A stretch of 64,000 bases of DNA from an uncultured Gemmataceae bacterium (GTDB lineage Bacteria > Planctomycetota > Planctomycetia > Gemmatales > Gemmataceae), in contig CAVVPN010000003.1 of NCBI GenBank assembly GCA_963750165.1, forward strand, positions 1,216,001-1,280,000. The letters are read 5' to 3'. The position numbers were made by a program, and so were the translations under genes. This document shows positions 47,792 through 55,460 of this stretch, one piece after another (positions within the stretch are counted from its first letter, which is position 1; each line of letters begins with the position of its first letter). Under the pieces are notes generated by a model. The model ran no database searches. It saw only the letters and a list, made by a program, of their open reading frames with translations, and had not been told where the DNA came from.

Positions 47792-48026
47792 TTCTGCCGC
47801 TTGCGGCTTAGCGCGCTGCAACCCATCTAACGTGAGAAGGGTCGCAGCGCGCTAAGTGGTCCGTACCGCAATTAACTGGAGGGTTGGGGGTGACGGCCTG
47901 GGACCGTAGGACGGCTCTCCAGAGCCGTCCCGCTCACCCCGGGACGGCTCTGGAGAGCCGTCCTACGAACGATCCCGCAACCCTCCAGTTAATTGCGGTA
48001 CGAACCACTAAGCCGCAAGCGGCAGA
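47792..48026. repeat. REP-like palindrome, family I (copy interrupted by a MITE)
   Basis: Same arms as 44800; the right arm is split at GCGC-TAA / TAA-GCCGC. Confidence 0.88.
47856..48008. mobile_element. 153-bp MITE with 31-bp TIRs, TAA target duplication and an internal REP family B doublet
   Basis: GTGGTCCGTACCGCAATTAACTGGAGGGTTG (47856-47886) vs CAACCCTCCAGTTAATTGCGGTACGAACCAC (47978-48008), 30/31 match; TAA at 47853-55 and 48009-11. Confidence 0.85.
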
Positions 48027-48070
48027 CAAGATGATGGGCAGCGCCGGGCTGTACAGGGAGGCGCCAGACC

Positions 48071-48640
48071 GTGACCACACCGCAAAAACCCGGTGCGCCG
48101 TGCGACCTGCTCGGGCGCGTGCTGTGGCACGAGCCGGGAGCGTGGCCGCGCCTGGTGAGCCTGTGTGCGCCGCAGGTCTACGCCTGGCTGCGGCAGGGCG
48201 GACTGACGCCCGGCGAGGCCGTGGACGCCGGCCACACCGCCTTCGCCCGGCTGGCGCAGACGCTGCACACCTTCCGACCCGACCACGGCACCTTCTGTGC
48301 CTGGCTGCGCGGCCTGACCCGGCGGCAACTCCAGGAACACCGGTCCCGTCAGCAAACCCAGGACACCCCCGTGATCGGCGGCTCCAACGCGCCGCCCACC
48401 CCGAGCCCTACACCCGCCAACGGCCCGGTATGTCCGTTGCTGCTGGCCCGCGCCCTGGACCTGCTGCAGCCGGAATTCGAGGCGACCCACTGGCAAGCGT
48501 TCCAGCGCCTGGCGGTTGAGGGCCAGTCCGCCGCCGCCGCCGCCGCCGAACTGCGCCTGAGCGCCGCGGACGTGTACCTGGCCCAGGCCCGCATCCTGTG
48601 CCGGCTCCGCCAGGAGTTCGAGAATTTGATTGATTTGTGA
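48071..48640 (+). CDS. ECF sigma factor (planctomycete kinase-associated type, divergent)
   Basis: AWPRLVSLCAPQVYAWLR, GTFCAWLRGLTR and EFEATHWQAFQR...VYLAQARILCRLRQE. Confidence 0.8.
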   Translation: MTTPQKPGAPCDLLGRVLWHEPGAWPRLVSLCAPQVYAWLRQGGLTPGEAVDAGHTAFARLAQTLHTFRPDHGTFCAWLRGLTRRQLQEHRSRQQTQDTPVIGGSNAPPTPSPTPANGPVCPLLLARALDLLQPEFEATHWQAFQRLAVEGQSAAAAAAELRLSAADVYLAQARILCRLRQEFENLIDL

Positions 48641-48734
48641 GCGCCGGTCGTTAAAGTGGGAGGCGTCACCCCGGGTGGGGTGGAGTTCTTCGTGCGCAGT
48701 TTCATCATCACTCCCAGGTCATTACCCAAGAGTC

Positions 48735-50778
48735 ATGCCCGTGGCCACCGCGACCCCACCGCCCGAGCCCGGCTGCTGTCCCGACGCCGATTCGCTGGGC
48801 GCGTTCCTGCTCGGCCGCGCCACCGCTGCCGCGCTGGAGGAAGTTGCCGGCCACCTGGCCGGCTGCGTCGCCTGCACCACCGTCGTGGGCCGGATGCAAG
48901 GAGCGCGACGGCGACTGCCGGCGCCCCTGGGCCGAATGCCGGTCGAGCAGTCGTACGCCCCCGAGCGCGAGCGCGACAAGCTGGAGGCCAGCGCCGCCGG
49001 CCTGCCGGTGGCGGACGGCCCGGCCCCGGATCACGGTCCGCGTCCGGCTGTCGTCGGACTGCGGCAAATCAACCAGTACGTGTTGCTGGAACTGCTCGGT
49101 CAGGGCGGCATGGGGGCGGTCTTCCTGGCCCGCAACGTCCACCTGAACAAGTCCGTGGCCCTGAAACTCTTGCGCGGAGCACTTCGACGGGCCGCAGGCG
49201 CTGGCGCGCTTCCGCCGCGAGATGCTGGCGGTCGGCGCCCTGAACCACCCCAACGTCATTCAGGCCCTGGACGGCGGCGAGGCAGACGGCCGGCCCTTCC
49301 TGGTGATGGAACTGGCCGACGGCCTGGACCTGCACCGCCTGTCTGTCCGCCGCGGCCCGCTGGCGGTGGCGGACGCCTGTGAGTTGATTCGCCAGGCGGC
49401 GCTGGGCCTGCAGCACGTCCACGAGGGCGGCCTGGTCCACCGCGACGTGAAGCCGAGCAACCTCTTCCTGACGGCGGACGGCGTGGTCAAGGTGCTCGAC
49501 CTGGGGCTGGCCCGGCCGCGCGCCGTTCCGCCCGACCCCGAGGCGGGACCGATCACCGCCCCGGGCCAGGTGATGGGCACGGCGGACTTCATGGCTCCCG
49601 AACAGGGGCAGGACGCGCAGGTCGCCGACCTCCGTTCGGACCTGTACAGCCTCGGCTGCGCTTTCTACAAACTGCTCGCCGGCCACGCCCCGTTCGAGCG
49701 TCCCGACCTGCCCACGCCCACCCACAAGCTCCGCGCCCACGCTGGCCAGGACGCGCCGCCCCTGGAGCGCACGGACCTGCCCGCCGAGGTGGGGGCGCTG
49801 CTGCGGTGCCTGCTGGCCCGCGACCCGGCGGAGCGGCCAGCCACCGCCGCAGAGGTCGCCACCGCCCTGGAACCGTTCGCCGCCGGCGCCGACCTGCCCG
49901 ACCTGGTGCGTCATGCTCGCCGTGTCCCTTCCGGCGGCACGACGGTGGCGACGCCGCGCCCCGCCGCGCCGTCCACGCGGATCGCCCCCCACCGCCGTCG
50001 GGTGCGGTGGGGGGTTGGCGCGGTGGTGCTGCTGGCGGTACTGGTGCCGCTCAGTTGGCTGGGCTGGCAGGCCGCCTTCCCGGTCAAGCAGGTCGATGCC
50101 GAACCACAAAACGTCAACCAGGAGTCACCCGTGCCCCGCCTTCGCGACCGCTGGGAGTTCGGCCGACAGAACCACCTGCTCCAGCATTCACCCTTCTCCG
50201 CCGACCGCGACCCCACCCTGCGCAACACCCACTTGCAGTTCCTGCCCGACCGGGAGGAACTCATCGTGAACACCGACAACGTGGTGCTGGTGCCGCTCGG
50301 CCGGGTGCAGCGGGTCGATTACCGCTTGCAGGTGAACATCCGCCAGAACACCTGGACCGGCGGCACGGGCGTCTACTTCGGCTACCGCGACGCCGTGGTG
50401 GACGGCAAGCCGGGCAAGCAGTTTTTCACGATCACCCTGGAGCGCTCCCCCTCCAATAAACTCCAGGCGTCGTTCCAGCTCCTCTGGAGCCGGCACCAGG
50501 AGCCGGACCGGTTGGGCAACTCGCGGATTGACCAGTTGCGCGCCGTGCCGTTGAGACTGCCACCCCCCGAGACCTCCCTGGAAATCAACGTCACCCAGAA
50601 CGGGGTGAAGGAGGTGCGCTGGGACGGCGCCCCCCTCCCCGACCTGGTGAAGTTGCACCCGAACGTCGGCCGCCTGGCCGCCGCCGACTTTGACGGCACC
50701 TTCGGCCTTTACAACGTCCATAGTTCCACCATGTACCGGAACGCGAACCTTCTGGTGTTTGAAAGGAACGTCCCCTGA
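48735..50778 (+). CDS. Membrane Ser/Thr protein kinase with N-terminal zinc-binding anti-sigma-like motif; frameshift at ~49178
   Basis: HLAGCVAC; LGQGGMGAVF and VALK, then after the shift HRDVKPSN, DLGLA, GTADFMAPEQ and SDLYSLG; one TM and an extracytoplasmic domain. Confidence 0.88.
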
Positions 50779-51356
50779 TGGCCAAGAAAACCGCCCCCAA
50801 AAAGCCGGCTGCCTCCAAGCGGCCCGCCAAGAAGACCGCCGCCGCCCGCACGCAGGCGCCCAACAATGCCGTCAAGGCCCCGCTCAAAAAGGCACCGACC
50901 CGGCAGCAGACCTTGAAGAACCCGATCCCCAAGCCCGTGCCCGCCTCCTTGACGATCACCGTGCCGGTCGCCAACGGCCAGGCCCTGGTGCTGTGCCAGA
51001 AGGGGTCCACCACCGGGAGCATTTGCGCTCAGGGGAGTGTAGTGCCACCCGACGGGTTGAGTGTGGAGCAGGTCGTGGCCAAGATCTACCCCGGGGACTT
51101 CCCCCCGGCCAAGATCCCCAGTACCCCTGTGAATGTGCCCAACCTCACCACGGGTAACATCGATTCGCTGCCTAACTGGCAGTTCATCGCCGCCGACTGC
51201 AACCTGATCCCGGGCGCCGCGGCGGCCAGCGCCGCCCCGTACCCAAGCAACATCCTCGCGGTCTGGGCTGAGTGGAGTTCCGACCCGGCCACCTACCTCC
51301 TGGCGACCGAATACTTCGACGGCGTCGTCTCCAACCAGACCGACTGCGATTCCTGA
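50778..51356 (+). CDS. Hypothetical protein with Lys/Ala/Pro-rich N-terminus and beta-rich C-terminal domain
   Basis: TGATG coupling to the kinase; AAAGGA RBS. Confidence 0.72.
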   Translation: MAKKTAPKKPAASKRPAKKTAAARTQAPNNAVKAPLKKAPTRQQTLKNPIPKPVPASLTITVPVANGQALVLCQKGSTTGSICAQGSVVPPDGLSVEQVVAKIYPGDFPPAKIPSTPVNVPNLTTGNIDSLPNWQFIAADCNLIPGAAAASAAPYPSNILAVWAEWSSDPATYLLATEYFDGVVSNQTDCDS

Positions 51357-51506
51357 TGCCGGATCGCCCTGCTGCGTTGTGGAGGAACGGAATGAGTTGG
51401 GTTGCGCGAAGACCTCGTGGCCCAGCACGAAGGGCGAGTCCAGGTCGTCCACCACCTGCACGTTGGACAGCGGCCGAAAGGTCTTCTCCTTGTCCAGGCC
51501 CAGCGC

Positions 51507-51567
51507 CGCCACCGAGCCGCGCACGCAGCGTACTTGCGGAGTACGCTGCGTGCGCGGCTCGGTGGCG
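51507..51567. repeat. REP-like palindrome, family J
   Basis: CGCCACCGAGCCGCGCACGCAGCGTACT / AGTACGCTGCGTGCGCGGCTCGGTGGCG; degenerate copy at ~59020-59103. Confidence 0.85.
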
Positions 51568-51587
51568 CTCCTTGCTTCCGAACGCGC

Positions 51588-53051
51588 TTATCCTTTGATG
51601 ACGCCGATGGGCCGCATGCGCGCCACCTTGGCGGACAACCCCGCGCGATGCACCACGTCCACCACGTCGTCCACGTCCTTGTACGCCCGCGGTTGCTCTT
51701 CCGCGAGGCCCTTGCGGCTCTGCGCCCGAGCGATGACGCCACGACTTTCCAGCTCCTTGTCGATGCGCCGGCCGGCGGCGTCCTTGACCGCGGCGGTGCG
51801 GCTCATGGCCCGGCCCGCGCCGTGACAGGTGGTGCCGAACGTCTTCTCCATGCTGCCCGGCTGGCCGACCAGAATCCAGCTGGCCCGACCCATATCGCCA
51901 GGGATGATGACCGGCTGGCCGACCGCTTGGTACATCCGCGGCACCTCCGGGTGGCCCGCCGGGAACGCCCGCGTGGCCCCCTTGCGGTGGACCCACACTG
52001 GCTTGCGCCGGTCGCCGACCGTGTGCTCTTCCAGCTTGGCGATGTTGTGGCAAACGTCGTACAGCAGGTTCATTTGCAGTTCCTGCCACGAGCGGCCAAA
52101 GAGGTCCGCGAACACCTCGCGCGCCTGCTGCATGAGCAGCTGACGGTTGCACCAGGCGTAGTTGGCCGCGGCGCGCATCGCCGCAATGTACTTGCGGCCC
52201 TCCGGGCTGTTCACTGGGGCGCACGCCAGCTGGCGATCCGGCAACGCGATGCCGTACTTCTGCGGCGCGTTGCGCAGGCTCGCCAGGGCATCGTCACACA
52301 CCTGGTAGCCCAGGCCGCGCGAGCCGCTGTGGATCATCACGCACACCTGGTCCTTCTCCAGGCCGAACACCTGCGCCACCGCCTCGTCGAAGACGTGATC
52401 GACGACCTGCACCTCCAAAAAGTGGTTGCCCGAACCGAGGGTGCCGCACTGCTCGGCGCCGCGCGTCTTGGCGTGGTCGCTGACTGCATCCGGTTCGGCC
52501 CCCTCCAGGAAGCCGTGGGCTTCCGTGTGCTCCAGATCGCTCGCCTCGCCGAAGTCGTGCTCGATGAGGTAACGCGAGCCCTGGGACAGCAGCCGCTCCA
52601 GGTCCTGGCCGCGGAAGCTGAACCGGCCCGACTTGCCGACGCCCGTCGGCACGCTCTTGAACAGCGCCTCAACCAGCTGCCGCAGGTGCGGCTTCACGTC
52701 ACGATAGAATAAGCTAGTTTTGCACAATCTAACTCCGCAATTGATGTCATACCCGACCCCGCCGGGAGAGATAACGCCGCCCTCGTTCGGATCCGTGGCG
52801 GCGACGCCGCCGATGCAGAAGCCGTAGCCCCAGTGGATGTCCGGCATCGCCAGGCTGGCGTGCTGGATGCCCGGCAAGAACGCGACGTTGGCGACCTGGT
52901 CGGGGGCCTGATCCTTCATGAGCTGGCCGAGTAATTTCTCACTGCTGAAGATGAGGCCGTCCACGCGCATGCCCGGCTTGTAGCTTTTCGGGATGCGCCA
53001 GCAACACTCGCCCGCCGGCTCTAGCGGCCCGTGATACGCTTCCTTTGCCAT
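51588..53051 (-). CDS. rtcB: RNA-splicing/repair ligase RtcB (archaeal/eukaryote-like long form)
   Basis: MPDIHWGYGFCIGGV, GYDINCG, GTLGSGNHFLE, IHSGSRG, HNIAK, HRKGATR and CHGAGR. Confidence 0.96.
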   Translation of the reverse strand: MAKEAYHGPLEPAGECCWRIPKSYKPGMRVDGLIFSSEKLLGQLMKDQAPDQVANVAFLPGIQHASLAMPDIHWGYGFCIGGVAATDPNEGGVISPGGVGYDINCGVRLCKTSLFYRDVKPHLRQLVEALFKSVPTGVGKSGRFSFRGQDLERLLSQGSRYLIEHDFGEASDLEHTEAHGFLEGAEPDAVSDHAKTRGAEQCGTLGSGNHFLEVQVVDHVFDEAVAQVFGLEKDQVCVMIHSGSRGLGYQVCDDALASLRNAPQKYGIALPDRQLACAPVNSPEGRKYIAAMRAAANYAWCNRQLLMQQAREVFADLFGRSWQELQMNLLYDVCHNIAKLEEHTVGDRRKPVWVHRKGATRAFPAGHPEVPRMYQAVGQPVIIPGDMGRASWILVGQPGSMEKTFGTTCHGAGRAMSRTAAVKDAAGRRIDKELESRGVIARAQSRKGLAEEQPRAYKDVDDVVDVVHRAGLSAKVARMRPIGVIKG

Positions 53052-53062
53052 GTTACTTTCTC

Positions 53063-53473
53063 TCAAATATCCACGATGACTTCCGCCCGCCAGCCGTCGT
53101 CGGTCTGCGCGACGGTCAGGCCGTGGTAGGTGATCGCCTTGACCTCGTGGTCCAGGATGTGCCGGTCGCGGTCGAGCGGTTCACCCCACGCGGTGCCGGC
53201 CAGCCCGTCGGCGCTGACGCGCACGGCGAACCGACTGAACAGCAGGTGCTCGCTGTCGAAATGGTACAGCAGCTCCTTGAGCCAGTCGAACAGCAAAAAC
53301 TCGCGGTCGGTGCCCTGCAAACGCACCTCGACCTGCCGGCGCGGCTCGACGGTGGACAGGTCCTCGCTGATGACGGAAAACAGGGCCTCGGCGGCCTCGG
53401 CGAACAGTGTGTCCAGGTCTGCCGCCCGGACGCGCAGGCCCAGGTCCGCCGTGTGGTCGAAGGTTTCGTACAT
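53063..53473 (-). CDS. Archease
   Basis: YETFDHTADLG and EVKAITYH...VIVDI; directly upstream of rtcB. Confidence 0.95.
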   Translation of the reverse strand: MYETFDHTADLGLRVRAADLDTLFAEAAEALFSVISEDLSTVEPRRQVEVRLQGTDREFLLFDWLKELLYHFDSEHLLFSRFAVRVSADGLAGTAWGEPLDRDRHILDHEVKAITYHGLTVAQTDDGWRAEVIVDI

Positions 53474-53597
53474 AACACCCGCCGTTGAGCGAGTTGCCGA
53501 ACTATTGAAGGAAGACGCCCCCTGGCAGTCCCAGGTTCACTCCATTATCGTACGCAACGTCTGCGAACTTCCCTCCTGATGCCTGCCATTTGCGGCG

Positions 53598-54268
53598 TCA
53601 CCGGGAAAATTGATTGACGAAGTACGCCTGCCACTCCTGGATGTGCGCGACCATTGCCCGGCTTGCCTCCTTGCCGTCGCGCCGCTCCAGCGCCGCCAGG
53701 ATCTGGTAATGCTCCTCCAGGCCCTGCCGCAAACCATCGGGGTTGGTCGCCAGCTTGTTGATGGGGCGGTGCAGCAGCCGGTAGCGGGCGATGTCGTGCC
53801 ACAGCCGTGGACTGCCGGCGGCGCGGGCGATGGCGTTGTGAAACTCTTCGTCCATGTCGGCCCAGCGCGCCACCCAACCGACCCGGTCGCGGCAGTCGCG
53901 CAGTTCGTCCGCCCGGGTTCGCAACCGCGCCAGCGTCGGCCGGTCCACCCGCGCCGCCGCCCGCCGCGCCGCCTCGCCTTCGAGGAGTTCGCGCATTTCG
54001 TAAATGTCGTCCACATCCTCGCGCGTGAAGGTGGTGATGACCGCCCGGCGGTTGGCCCGCTGCTCGACCAGGCCGTCCCGGGCAAGCTGCCGCAGGGCGT
54101 CGTGGACAGGAGTGCGGCTCACGTCCAACTCCTGGGCCAGGGCCACCTCGCTGACCACGGAACCAGGCGCAGCTGGCCCGATTGGATGGCCACCAGAAGG
54201 GTTTCGTACACACTGTCCGACAGGCGCGTGCGGTCAAAGTTCGCCTGCAAATGCGGGGCGTCGCTCAT
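53598..54268 (-). CDS. GntR/FCD transcriptional regulator; 1-nt frameshift at ~54170
   Basis: LSDSVYETLLVAIQSGQL, then after the shift SEVALAQELDVSRTPVHDALRQL, IYEMRELLEG, DEEFH and EEHYQIL. Confidence 0.85.
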
Positions 54269-54360
54269 GAGCGGATCCAGCTGGTGGGTGAGGCGATATC
54301 CCAGGGCCGATGGGCGTCGAGGGTTTATTCTAGGGACGGCGTGCATTTCCAGCAACCTTC

Positions 54361-54392
54361 CATGCAGAGTTTATACTTGCCAACTCTGCATG
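54361..54392. promoter_or_regulatory. Palindromic candidate operator in a divergent promoter region
   Basis: CATGCAGAGTT-N10-AACTCTGCATG between the GntR gene and the TIM-barrel gene. Confidence 0.55.
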
Positions 54393-54573
54393 CAGTTCCT
54401 ATTATCGCCCTAAAGAGCCCTGTGGGCCAGCCGACGTGAACCGCGAACCGATCAATCGGGGCGCCAAGGGCGCCAGTTGCTCTTGACCGGGACAGGGGAA
54501 AAGTTATGGTGCCGCGCCGTGGCGGACAGCATCGACCGCGCCGCCCTCACCCCTGGGCAGAACGGAGGGAGCC

Positions 54574-55338
54574 GTGTACGTCGCTTGTTCCACGCTATGT
54601 TTCGCGCGTCTGCCGCTGGAGCGTGCTCTGCGCCTCATCGGCGAACTGGAGTTCAGCAAGCTCGACGTGGCCATCCACGAGCAGGGGCCGCATCTGAAGC
54701 CGTCCGAGGTCGCCGCCGACGTGCCGCTGGCCGCCCAGCGCATCCGCATCGGTCCCAGCCTGACGCCAGCCGCCTTCGACGTACAAATCCTCACCGATAG
54801 CGACGCCGAGTGCCAGCGCCAACTCCGCGCCCTCTGCCGCCTGGCCCGCATCTCGACTGTCTCCACCATCACGCTGTCGGCAGCCGACAGCGGCACCGGC
54901 CTGGACGCGGAGGTAACGCGGTTGGCGCCGCTGGTGCAGCTGGCCGAGGCGGAGGGCATCGTGCTGACCGTGGCCACGCGCACCGGCACCCTGACCGAGA
55001 CGCCGGACACCGCGGTGGAATTGTGCCAGCGTGTGCCGGGCCTCGGTTTGACGCTGGACCCGAGTCACTTCATCGCCGGGCCGCATCAGGGTGAGCCGTT
55101 CGACCAGGTGTATCCGTTCGTGCGCCATGTGCATCTGCGCGACACGCGCCGCGGGGCCGACCAGTTCCAGGTGCGCATCGGCCAGGGTGAGGTCGAGTAT
55201 GGACGCATCGTCAACCAGCTGGCGCGGCAGGGCTACGACCGCCTGCTGACCGTCGCCGTCCACGACTTCGCCGACGCGCCCTACCCGATGGACACCGAGG
55301 TGCGCAAGCTGAAATATTTGCTGGAAAGTTTGGTGTAA
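54574..55338 (+). CDS. Sugar phosphate isomerase/epimerase-like TIM barrel (AP endonuclease 2 family)
   Basis: GLTLDPSHF, VRHVHLRD and GQGEVEY; GGAGGG RBS before GTG. Confidence 0.82.
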   Translation: MYVACSTLCFARLPLERALRLIGELEFSKLDVAIHEQGPHLKPSEVAADVPLAAQRIRIGPSLTPAAFDVQILTDSDAECQRQLRALCRLARISTVSTITLSAADSGTGLDAEVTRLAPLVQLAEAEGIVLTVATRTGTLTETPDTAVELCQRVPGLGLTLDPSHFIAGPHQGEPFDQVYPFVRHVHLRDTRRGADQFQVRIGQGEVEYGRIVNQLARQGYDRLLTVAVHDFADAPYPMDTEVRKLKYLLESLV

Positions 55339-55443
55339 AACCCCCATCACGAAACCACGAACGAACGAAACTACGAAAAAGATAAATCAATTCCTGGTCT
55401 TTTTCGTAGTTTCGTTCGTTCGTGGTTTCGTGATGGGGGTTTT
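55337..55443. repeat. Perfect 46-bp inverted repeat, family K
   Basis: 55337-55382 is the exact reverse complement of 55398-55443 with a 15-nt loop; built from ACGAA(A) units; lies between convergent genes. Confidence 0.92.
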
Positions 55444-55460
55444 TCTTCTTGTGATTGACC

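Noticed and set aside
51360..51506. Protein-like - strand fragment (LGLDKEKTFRPLSNVQVVDDLDSPFVLGHEVF) cut by REP-J
   Set aside because: Probably a gene remnant, but it has no start and I cannot assign a family.
2947..54268. About nine frameshifts (~2971, 9480, 19887, 21621, 22935, 29936, 35335, 49178, 54170) as programmed frameshifting or mass pseudogenisation
   Set aside because: Most are 1-2 nt losses in short G/C runs or GC dinucleotide repeats, in otherwise intact genes with no in-frame stops and no slippery heptamers. Long-read consensus error is the simplest explanation; read mapping would settle it.
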